Shown here: piece by piece, positions 53,235-62,328 of the stretch
Numbering within the stretch: the stretch's first letter is position 1
How the letters are laid out: each line of letters starts with the position of its first letter
Source of the DNA: an uncultured Anaerolineaceae bacterium
GTDB lineage: Bacteria; Chloroflexota; Anaerolineae; Anaerolineales; E44-bin32
Direction: 5' to 3'
Length of the DNA stretch: 64,000 nucleotides
Assembly (NCBI GenBank): GCA_964388955.1
Contig: CAYMCO010000004.1
Coordinates: 2,487 to 66,486, forward strand
The notes under the pieces: generated by a model
What the model was told of the DNA's origin: nothing
Database searches by the model: none
Seen by the model: the letters and a program-made list of their open reading frames with translations, nothing else
Program-made: the position numbers and the translations under genes

Positions 53235-55712
53235 ATGATAGGGGCAATAGATCGAGATCGACCTGGAGAACCCTTGCCGACCAGCGCTCGGGTTGTTGTT
53301 ATCGGTGGCGGTATCGTAGGATGCAGCGTGGCGTATCATCTGACAAAGCTCGGCTGGGAAGACGTAATCCTATTGGAACGCAAGCAGCTCACTTGTGGAT
53401 CGACATGGCATGCCGCCGGCTTAGTCACACAACTCCGGGCGACCGAGAACATGACAAAGCTAGCGAAATATACCCAAGAGCTATACTCAAACTTGGAAGA
53501 AGAGACTGGCCAGGCGACAGGTTTTGCCCATGTGGGATCAATCAACCTGGCAACCACCCCTGCGCGCCTTGAGGAGTTGCGCCGAGCTTGTTCGATGGCC
53601 CGCTGTTTCGGTGTGGAGGCTGTTGAGATCTCCCCGAAAGAGATTCACGAGAGGTGGCCGTTGGCCTACGCAGGCGACCTATTAGCAGGATTCTACTTCC
53701 CGAAGGATGCGAAAACAAATCCAATCGACACCACACTCGCGCTTGCGAAGGGAGCGAGGAAACGGGGGGCGGAGATCTTCGAGGGGGTAAAGGTGATTGG
53801 GGTCACCACGGAGAATGGCAGAGCGACCGGAGTGGTGACCTCCAAAGGAAGCGTCGCGGCCGAATACGTTGTTAACTGCGCGGGGATGTGGGGCAGAGAA
53901 CTGGGCAACATGGTTGGTGTTAGAGTTCCACTTCAAGCGGCCGAACACTATTATCTGATAACCGAGCCAATTGAGGGCTTGGACCCTCACCTTCCGATTC
54001 TCAAGGATACGGACAGATGTGCCTATTATCGGGAGGAAACCGGTGGATTGATGATAGGGTTCTTCGAGCCAACTGCGGTGCCATGGGCGTGCAGCGGAAT
54101 CCCCGATGACTGTTCATTCACGGAAATCCCACCGGATTGGGATCGGATGATGCCGTACGTCGAGACAGCGATGGAGCGAGTGCCGGCCGCGGCAACGGTG
54201 GGAATAAGAAAGATGCTCAACGGGCCCGAGAGCTTCACCCCCGATGACCGGTATCTTCTGGGCGAGGCACCGGAGTTGAAGAACTACTTCGTGGCAGCAG
54301 GTTTCAATTCACTAGGGATCCTGTCGGCGGGGGGAGCGGGAAAAGTTCTAGCGGAATGGATCATCGATGGTCAACCTCAAATGGACATCTGGGATGTCGA
54401 TATCAGCAGGACCCTCCCATTCCAGAGCAACCCGCGGTTTCTGAGAAACCGCACAGTGGAAATCCTTGGATTCGCCTACGGAAATCATTGGCCGTACCGG
54501 CAATATAACAGTGCAAGGAATGTCAGAAAGTCAATTCTACATGACCGGCTAGCGGAGGCGGGTGCCTGTTTTGGCGAAGCTGCAGGATGGGAGCGAGCCA
54601 ATTGGTATGCGCCTGGCGGGGTTGAACCGAAGTACCAATACTCTTGGAACAGGCAGAACTGGTTCGAGTACAACAAGGAAGAACACACCGCGGCCAGAAA
54701 TCAGGCCGTGCTTCTGGACCAGAGTTCGTTCTCCAAGTTCCTGGTTCAGGGTCGGGATGCCGGCGAGGTGCTTGACCGCATCTGTGCCAACAGCGTTGCA
54801 GTGCGGGTTGGCAAGTGCGTCTATACCCAGTGGTTGAACAGTCGGGGAACGATCGAAGCGGATCTGACCGTGTCTCGATTGGATGAGGGCCGGTACCTGA
54901 TAATCTGCGCGGGGGCCACCCATACCCATGTTCATACCTGGCTGAGGCGGAACATCCCCGCCGAGGCGCACGCATTCATAACAGATGTCACGTCCGCATA
55001 TGCGATGATAAACATCCAAGGTCCGAATTCGCGCGAGCTCCTGCAACGACTTACCAGTGCGGATCTTTCCTCCGAGGCTTTTCCATATTTGACCTGCCGG
55101 ACTATTGATCTTGCATATGCGCTGGTAGAAGCGTTGCGAATTACATATGTCGGAGAGTTGGGATGGGAACTCTATATACCGACGGAATTTGCCCTGTCGG
55201 TCTATGATGCGCTCGTCGATGAAGGAAGAGATCTTGGGTTGAGGCATGCCGGCTATCACACTCTGAATAGTCTCAGAATAGAAAAGGGGTATCGAGACTT
55301 TGGGCATGATATCGGGGCTGATGATACTCCGTTCGAAGCCGGCTTAGGATTTGCGGTGAAGCTCGAGGGGAAGAGGCGTTTCATCGGCAGGGATGCGTTG
55401 CTGCGCCAGAAGGAGAGAGGGAACCTCACGCGACGGTTGGTTCAATTCCTGCTGGAGGATCCCGAGCCCCTCATGTATCATAACGAGCCCATATTCCAAG
55501 AAGGGCAGCTTGTTGGCTACACCACTTCCGCGATGTACGGGCATACTCTTGGGGGCTCCGTGGCTCTTGGCTACATCAATGATCCGGAGGGTGTCACCAA
55601 GGAAAAGATAAACGCAGGCAATTTCGAGATCGAGGTCGCGGGGAGACGGTACCCGGCGGCAGCCTCGTTGAGACCCATGTTCGACCCGGATAATAGGAAG
55701 ATACTTGCATAA
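53235..55712 (+). CDS. dimethylglycine/sarcosine-dehydrogenase-like flavoenzyme (FAD oxidoreductase + GcvT folate-binding domain)
   Basis: VVIGGGIVGCSVAYHL dinucleotide fold, GSTWHAAGL (covalent-FAD His context), and a C-terminal aminomethyltransferase-like region (YVGELGWELY, GYTTSAMYGHTLG). 825 aa. Confidence 0.85.
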   Translation: MIGAIDRDRPGEPLPTSARVVVIGGGIVGCSVAYHLTKLGWEDVILLERKQLTCGSTWHAAGLVTQLRATENMTKLAKYTQELYSNLEEETGQATGFAHVGSINLATTPARLEELRRACSMARCFGVEAVEISPKEIHERWPLAYAGDLLAGFYFPKDAKTNPIDTTLALAKGARKRGAEIFEGVKVIGVTTENGRATGVVTSKGSVAAEYVVNCAGMWGRELGNMVGVRVPLQAAEHYYLITEPIEGLDPHLPILKDTDRCAYYREETGGLMIGFFEPTAVPWACSGIPDDCSFTEIPPDWDRMMPYVETAMERVPAAATVGIRKMLNGPESFTPDDRYLLGEAPELKNYFVAAGFNSLGILSAGGAGKVLAEWIIDGQPQMDIWDVDISRTLPFQSNPRFLRNRTVEILGFAYGNHWPYRQYNSARNVRKSILHDRLAEAGACFGEAAGWERANWYAPGGVEPKYQYSWNRQNWFEYNKEEHTAARNQAVLLDQSSFSKFLVQGRDAGEVLDRICANSVAVRVGKCVYTQWLNSRGTIEADLTVSRLDEGRYLIICAGATHTHVHTWLRRNIPAEAHAFITDVTSAYAMINIQGPNSRELLQRLTSADLSSEAFPYLTCRTIDLAYALVEALRITYVGELGWELYIPTEFALSVYDALVDEGRDLGLRHAGYHTLNSLRIEKGYRDFGHDIGADDTPFEAGLGFAVKLEGKRRFIGRDALLRQKERGNLTRRLVQFLLEDPEPLMYHNEPIFQEGQLVGYTTSAMYGHTLGGSVALGYINDPEGVTKEKINAGNFEIEVAGRRYPAAASLRPMFDPDNRKILA

Positions 55713-56313
55713 CTCCTGATTAAGTTGGACGAACCATGCTCGTCCGAACATGGCTCAGTGCTTTTTATCACGTGGATGCGAGGATTGGAGGTCGGCTGAA
55801 ACGCCGTGAGGATGACGCTCGGGAGGTATGGATAATACTGACAGTTTTCCAACGAGTGAAATAAAATCGGCCTCCGATAATGAGCATAGTCGGTGGCCGC
55901 CAGAAATGATTCTCCCTTGGGGGGCACGGGTAGGTTGAACATCCGGCGGCATATCCTCGTCTTGCGAAAAGGCGCTCTTGGTACGCACGCGACCCTTGAC
56001 AGGAAGCTGTGAGATTCTATGAGGAAACGGGAATACGGTTAGGCCTCGGGATTGAGGATGTACCTAATCCTTGTTTGAGCCCCACCTCTTCTCATTATGA
56101 AAGCCCGGTCTTGGGATTGTTGATGCGCGGCTCGAAACAGTCACCGAGCAGCTGTTTCAAGTTTCTGTCGAGCCCCGTTGTCAACCTTAACCTGCAAGCG
56201 TTCTGCCAATCTGCTCGCCCAATTCGCCCAGCGAGTCTCATGGGCCACAGTTTGACGTCAACTATTCCCATCAACGACAATTGGAATTCCGGTTTCGTGC
56301 TGTTGAGTCTGCC

Positions 56314-56745
56314 CTATGCCACCCCCTTTTCGCTCCGCCGTTTGGATTGCTCCAACCGATAGCTCGGCAGATTGAATTCCAGGATGATGCTGTGATGGAC
56401 CAATCGATCCATGGCCGCAGGCGTGGTCATGGGATCCTTGAATATGCGCTCCCATTTTGAGAAAGGGAGGTTGCTGGTGAGCAGGACACTGCGGCGCTCG
56501 TATCGATCCGCCAGCAGCGTAAACAGCACCTCCAATGGGAGCCAGGACTCTCGCAGCAGCCTGGCGATATGGTTTTGGCGCCGCGCTTCGCGCTCCGTCT
56601 CCACCAGGCCGAAGAGGTACTGCTCGTAGCTGAGCGCCTCCTCTCGCGCCTGGTCAGCCAGATCCCGGTAGCATTCCCGGATGGCGGGAAGGCGCAGCTC
56701 TTTCAGATACTGGGTCAGCTCAACACCCTGCTGCTCTCCGATCAT
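56314..56745 (-). pseudogene. istB: istB remnant with internal deletion of the ATPase core
   Basis: N-terminal LRLPAIRECYRDLADQA and C-terminal RYERRSVLLTSNLPFSKWERIF...DRLVHHS...SYRL are joined directly. No Walker A is present in the 143 aa. Confidence 0.7.
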
Positions 56746-58291
56746 GAGATTTCCATCCCCGCATTCAGCACCGCATCATAGGCCGCCAGGTCCACTTCCG
56801 GGATGCTGATGTCCAGCGGTTTCTCAGGCCTCTGGCCTGAGCTCGCGATCGCATCCACCGCCTCCGCTGTGATGGGCTCCTGCCTCTCGATCAAGAGCCG
56901 CAGGGCATCATCCACGGCAGCTTCGCTCTCGCGTGCCGCCTGGTGCAGGATGCGCAGATATTCTTTGCTGGCCCGTGATGGTGCATGCCGCCGCTTCAGG
57001 GCGTCGTAGGCCATGCGGATGCGGCTGCTGGGAAACAGATCCGCCCGGTAGCGGTAGTTCTCGAAGGCGCCTGGCTTGCGCACCAGCCAGTCGATGATGT
57101 GCCTGTACTGGATGTGGTGCTTGCCTTCTCCACGCAGCCGGGGGATGCTCTCCAGACGGCGCTGGGCATACCACACTTCCAGATGCTCAGCATAGAGGCG
57201 CACGTTGACCTGCTCGCCGATCAGTCGGCTGTCCACCGAATAGACATCCTTCGCCACCCGGATCGTGCTGCCAGGGCGCACCCTCACCCGCAGTCGCTTG
57301 CAGGCTTCCAGACGGCCTTGGGGGAGCCACTTCAGGAGCTTCAGCTCCTCCGGCAGCCGCTCCCGCCGCCCGGCATTGAGCTGCTTGAGCAGTTTGCGCA
57401 CAAAAGCCTCGTACTCCTCCCGGCTGTTGAAGTCCCGACTGCCGCGCAGCATCAGCGACTGATCCAGCGCATTTTTGCCTGCCCTGGCGGGCTAGGCCAG
57501 GGAAGCCGTGGTGCCTTTGCTCCACGTCCCCGTTTTCGTTCGGCTGCGCAGCCTGGATTTTGCGCCCGCGCAGCCCATTGTGCCTCAGCAGCGCACCGTA
57601 GCGGCGGGTGAACTCCCCCGGATTGCCGGTCTTATGCACCACCGTCGACAGCCCGTCGGCGCGCTGGGCCGCCGGCACGCCACCCAGCTCCCAGAGCGCG
57701 TTCTGCCGCAGGTGCCCGGCACGGGTCAAGCCCTTCGCTCAGGCTCTCAAAGCTCTCGCAGAAGCAGATCGCCCCCGTCTCCCAATTTGAGTAGGGCAGC
57801 ACGAAATGGTAGATCAGGTGCTCGAAGGGGATGCGCTGGCTCGTCACCCCCAGATCGCCCATGTAGCCGAAAGCGGACTCACACATTTCTCCCGGGCGGT
57901 ATTCCTGAGGAAAGAATACTTCCTCCGGCTGCCCTTCCAGTGCACGCCAGGTCTTCACCCACCGCTGCAGTGTTCTCAACTGCCCATCCGCAAACCGGCC
58001 GGGATAGCGGCGCCGCCTATCCTCCCTGGTCAGGATCTTCGACAACAAGGTCTTCGCCTCAAGCCCAGAGTTGACCTCTAGTTTTCCTCTCACCTCATCC
58101 CAGACTTCTGCAAAGGGATCCGGGCGCGTGCGCCAGGTGTGTTCCGCCCTCACTTCGCTGGGCAGCCGTCCCAGATCACGGTACTTGCGGGCTGTCTTCT
58201 CATCCATACCAGCTTTCGCTGCCGCATTGGCCAGCGTTCTTTGCCTCTTCATCAGCTTCCAAAGCCTCCTCGCCTGTTGATCGGTGACCAT
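56742..58291 (-). pseudogene. istA: istA transposase, frameshifted (three frames)
   Basis: IstA homology is split over ORFs 57632-58330, 57187-57729 and 56742-57452. ATG 58291 is preceded by AAGGAGG. The stop overlaps the istB start (ATGA). Confidence 0.7.
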
Positions 58292-58528
58292 CCAACCTCC
58301 TTCTTGACAAGAAGCTGGATTGTCACACATCCCCGATTTTCCGGGAATTCTAATTGTCGCTGATCACACCATCCAGCAGTGAGGCAAATTGAGTGCTTGC
58401 CGCTGCAAGCGCAGTTCCTTGGCTCAGAAGCAAGAAGCGTCCAAGAAGTGAAGGGCACTGGTCAACGACAGGAGTCCTCAAGCAGCACATGGATGTCACT
58501 AGTGCCGGTTAAGGCATTATTGGCCGGT

Positions 58529-59260
58529 TCAGTAGGCCGAGCTAGCCCAAAGGAAGGCCGCAATGCCAATGGAGATTCCGCACCCGATGGCGCCCCCTAA
58601 GACACATCCAAGCATGGCGTGAGAGTTAATGCGCAGGCCAGTACAGGGATCAATTGCTATCAATAAACAAAGCAAACAATCAGTATCCCTTAGATGTGCA
58701 GAACTTATGTAGTCCTGCCACGAGCCATCGCAGTGTTCCGTTCGTAGCTCGTACTGTCGCTTCTGTTCATCTTCTGTGCATTGGTGCAGCGCCCGCCCAC
58801 TGAAGGAAAGCCGGGCAACATTGCCTCCCGGATATTCGAGCAATCCCGAATACATGCTTTCCCAGAATACCCGTATCCGCAAGACTTCCGCAAAAAGCGG
58901 CATATACTCCAATTGAGGGATTGCCCGTGCCACCTCAACTACGGGAGCCAGTGCGCGATCCCTTGCTCCGCCCTCTTCTGGTTGAGCAAGAGAGAGTTCC
59001 ATAGGAGTGCTGATTTCTTTTTCTTTTGGGATAACGAAACGCTCATCGAGGGTGACTTCTCCTTCTTTCTGGACAATGACGCCATATGGCCTTCTGTCGG
59101 TTATCAGGACCGGGACAACATCGTTAGGAATGCCTTCTCCATAGACCGCCAAATGAAGCGCCTCACCCGTCTTTTTCACGACCAAAACCAAGTCGTGCCC
59201 TGTGGAGTCTTTGGCGGTGACGCATCGTCGAGGGGCTTCAGTAGACGTTGGTGCTTCCAT
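58529..59260 (-). CDS. orphan hypothetical protein with Cys-rich, Gly-zipper C-terminal membrane segment
   Basis: Uninterrupted ORF in a lower-GC patch. ATG 59260 (TTG 59296 possible). C-terminus reads DCLLCLLIAIDPCTGLRINSHAMLGCVLGGAIGCGISIGIAAFLW. No recognisable family. Confidence 0.4.
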   Translation of the reverse strand: MEAPTSTEAPRRCVTAKDSTGHDLVLVVKKTGEALHLAVYGEGIPNDVVPVLITDRRPYGVIVQKEGEVTLDERFVIPKEKEISTPMELSLAQPEEGGARDRALAPVVEVARAIPQLEYMPLFAEVLRIRVFWESMYSGLLEYPGGNVARLSFSGRALHQCTEDEQKRQYELRTEHCDGSWQDYISSAHLRDTDCLLCLLIAIDPCTGLRINSHAMLGCVLGGAIGCGISIGIAAFLWASSAY

Positions 59261-59967
59261 TAATGTCTCCAGAGATAGTCGGATTTGCGTACTCAAGCTT
59301 CCCGGCGCGGCTTGTCTCCATGGCGGTCGATGGATCGGCGGGGCTCAGTGCCGGTTGTTCTCCGCTCTCGTCATTCACGCACATTGTTGTCTAATGCGAG
59401 AGCAGCCCCGGCGAGCTCCAACAGGACTCCGTGTGAGAACGCCTGTTATTATGAGATCATGGACCCAAAACCGCCATTTGGCCAGCGACAAGTGCGCTGC
59501 GAATAGCGTGCTGGTTGATGGCCAAATTGCTGCTCTCTCGTTCTAGAGATTGCGGCCGTAGAGCATTGGCGGGAGACGTCTCCTACCGTTCTTATCACTC
59601 AGCCCAGGAATCTCCTCGAGGGGCTTTCCAATGCCCGCTTACCCGAAGATGCGGAGATCCGGGTGGCTGGCCCGAGACGCGGGAAACTGCAGCCGTCAAT
59701 GGGTCTTCTGCTACTTATCGATACCGTTTCTGCCATCTTCGCCGGTTCTACCAACCTGTCGAGGTCTGGGTCGGGCGTCAGCACCCTCGCGGCCACCCCG
59801 AGGGGGCAGTTGTCAATGCCCATGCGAGGACTCGTTCTCCGCTGTCAAGGAGATATTCTTCTCTTCATCAATCGGCCCGTTGACCTCAAGAATGCCCCTC
59901 ATCCGATACGAACTGCTGCCTCTTCCTTTTCTTCCGGTCGTTTTCAGCATTCGCCTATACGGCGAGG

Positions 59968-61065
59968 GTGATTGGCATACGCACCATGGGAAGCACTCTA
60001 GTCAGCAAGAAACTCGCCGGCCTGGGAGCCGCCTTGATTGGTCAACTGCTCTGCCTCGCCCTCCAACGCTCGATCCCGATCTGGGTTGATTGCCCGATGG
60101 TCGCGCTGATCCAGGAACGAGATGCCGTCACGGGCGTGATGGTCGAGAAAGAAGGAAAGAGAACCGCGATTCCTGCCAAGGCAATCATCCTGGCCGCGGG
60201 GCCCTCGCCCGGAACCTGGAAATGCGCCAGAAATACCACACACACAATTACGATCGACTGGACGGCCGCCACAGAAGGAGATCTGGCCAGCCCATCCAGG
60301 CAGGAATGGCCATCGGCGCGACGACCGCTCTGATAGATGACGCGTAGTGGGCACCGGCCTTTTTGGACAGCAAAGGGAGGACCCAATTCATGCACTGGGA
60401 GCGCTCAGCGCCCTTTGGAATGATTGTGGACAGTTCGGGAAAGCGGTTTATGAACGAATCCGCCTCCTCCGGCGATTGCGGTTACTGGCAATACGAACGC
60501 AACCAAGAGGCTCCGGCTATCCCTGCGTATCTGATGGCGGACTCACGCGATCGGAAGTACTATCTCTTTGGAATGATGCCGCCAAGGATGACGCCTAAGG
60601 AGGCGTATGAATCAGGATTCATGGTGAAAGTCGATTCGCCCGTCGAACTCGCCCACGCTTTCGGAATCGACACGGGCAACCTTGAGCAGACGGCGCAACG
60701 CTTCAATCCGTTCGGAACGACTGGAAGGAAAGGACATCGATTTTCATCGCGGCGATGGTGCCCGCTATCGTGTCTGCTGCGATCCCTAGGTTAAGCTGAA
60801 CCATAATCTTGGAGCGATCGAAAAACCACCATTCTTCGCGGTTCACGTCTGGCCCGGCCACCTCGGCACAAAGGGCAGGCTTTTGACCGATGACATTGCG
60901 CGGATCTTGCGAGAAAATGGAAGCGCCATCAAGGGCTTGTATGCCGCAGGAAACACCTCGGCGTCGGTCATGGGCTGGATCTATCCTGGACCTGGTTCAA
61001 CGATAGGACTTGCGGTGGTGGTTGGGATGATCGCCGGGCAGGATGCTGGCCGGATTGAACTGTGA
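59968..61065 (+). pseudogene. KstD/fumarate-reductase-type FAD flavoprotein, N-terminally truncated and multiply frameshifted
   Basis: Homologous segments lie in different frames: AKAIILAAG (59968 ORF), NLEMRQKY...GQPIQAGMAIGA (60090 ORF), RFMNES...VDSPVELAHAFGID...RFN (60363 ORF), and PPFFAVHVWPGHLGTKGRLLTDD...GLYAAGN (to 61065). The GxGxxG N-terminus is missing. Confidence 0.6.
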
Positions 61066-61133
61066 TGGCGGCAGGCAGGCTGCCGAAGCAGGCGCGTCGA
61101 CAGCGCGCCCACGAGAATTCAAGGAGGCGTGAT

Positions 61134-62327
61134 ATGGCAAACCCGATCTTGACAATGGGTGAGGCGCTGCTGAAACACAAGCTGCATCTGGGCACACTAA
61201 CGGGCATGGAGCGGTTCATGGTGTCGGCTGTCACGTTGGCCGACCGCCCCAGCACATTTCTAGGGGCCACCAATGTGGAACCGGATTTGGTGGACCCCAA
61301 GTTCGACTATGTGCTGCTCTCGCAAAGCGTCGAGGCCAACCTGGAACTCTTTGACCTAATACGCCAGAGGGTACATGCAGATGTGGTGGGAACGCCCTAT
61401 TGGCTGGGGCTGATGTTTACGGGAGCGGCGGAGCTCGGCACGGTATTCAAGATCGAGAAGCGGCGCGTGCCCTATGCCGTGGACTATCCCATCAAGAAGC
61501 AGGAGGATATCACCGAGATCAAGGTCCCTGAGGGTGCGACGGGCTACCTCAAAATGTCCTTTGATATCAACAAGGAGGCGCAACGGCGGTACCCTGACTC
61601 TTTGTTCATGCTTGTCACTGATGGCCCTTGGGACTTGGCCATGCTGCTGCGCGGTGACCATGACCTGCCCACGGACCTGCGCATTCACAGGGACTACACT
61701 GAGGCCAAGGATCAGGCCACGAAGGACAAGATCCGGCGATTCGGGAATCCGGACATCTATCCAGCCATCATGGAGCTGACCACTCAACTGGCCATCCGCA
61801 TAATCCAATTGGCGCAAGAGAACGGGTTGTCCCTGACGGGCTCCGCTCTGGTTGACCAGTACGCGGCGAAACCCATCATGGGCCGCGACGACTATTTCAA
61901 GTACGTGCACCCCTACCGCGTCCGCGTGTGGGAGACCATGGGCAAGAAGGTGATCGCTGGCTATATGGTCCCTTCGCCGGAGGAGGCGGAGCAGAACATG
62001 CAGGATCGGATGCTCGGAAAGTCGCAAGGAGCGTTCAGCAACTATATCTTCCCCCAGACCCCGGAGGGCATCACGCTGCCTGAGTACGACCGTCCCAGTT
62101 TGGAGCTGGCGAAGAAGTACAAGCAAAGCTACAGCTACTTCATCCACGGCAAGTACCTGCGCGATGCCAGCGAGGCTCAGCTCGATGCGACGGTGCAGCG
62201 CATCTGCGGGCTGGCGACGGATGTTGGAGCAAATCTGATGGTCACCATCGCTTCGGTGCCGCCAGGGGCCAGCCTGGAAAAGGCCAACTATGTCTTCAAG
62301 CTCGTCGAGAAATACGGGAGGTACTAG
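61134..62327 (+). CDS. putative corrinoid-dependent methyltransferase (URO-D/MtaA-MtbA-like fold, tentative)
   Basis: AAGGAGG lies upstream of ATG 61134. The segment LSLTGSALVDQYAAKPIMGRDDYFKYVHPYRVRVWETMGKK resembles the URO-D-family D..a...isp..f.ef..Py region. The stop is 1 nt from the start of a corrinoid protein gene. Confidence 0.5.
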   Translation: MANPILTMGEALLKHKLHLGTLTGMERFMVSAVTLADRPSTFLGATNVEPDLVDPKFDYVLLSQSVEANLELFDLIRQRVHADVVGTPYWLGLMFTGAAELGTVFKIEKRRVPYAVDYPIKKQEDITEIKVPEGATGYLKMSFDINKEAQRRYPDSLFMLVTDGPWDLAMLLRGDHDLPTDLRIHRDYTEAKDQATKDKIRRFGNPDIYPAIMELTTQLAIRIIQLAQENGLSLTGSALVDQYAAKPIMGRDDYFKYVHPYRVRVWETMGKKVIAGYMVPSPEEAEQNMQDRMLGKSQGAFSNYIFPQTPEGITLPEYDRPSLELAKKYKQSYSYFIHGKYLRDASEAQLDATVQRICGLATDVGANLMVTIASVPPGASLEKANYVFKLVEKYGRY

Positions 62328-62328
62328 G

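Larger units (their letters stand above)
56270..58364 (-). mobile_element. decayed IS21-family insertion sequence
   Basis: Imperfect terminal inverted repeats: ATCAACGACAATTGGAATTCCGG (56270-56292) against the reverse complement of CCGGGAATTCTAATTGTCGCTGAT (58341-58364). They enclose istA/istB remnants. No clear target duplication seen. Confidence 0.75.

Noticed and set aside
55713-56269. Short ORFs (55571-55942 minus, 56009-56362 plus, 56095-56280 minus) between the DMGDH-like gene and the IS21 end
   Set aside because: No motifs. They overlap a real gene end or the IS terminal repeat, and the sequence is lower in GC, consistent with non-coding or decayed DNA.
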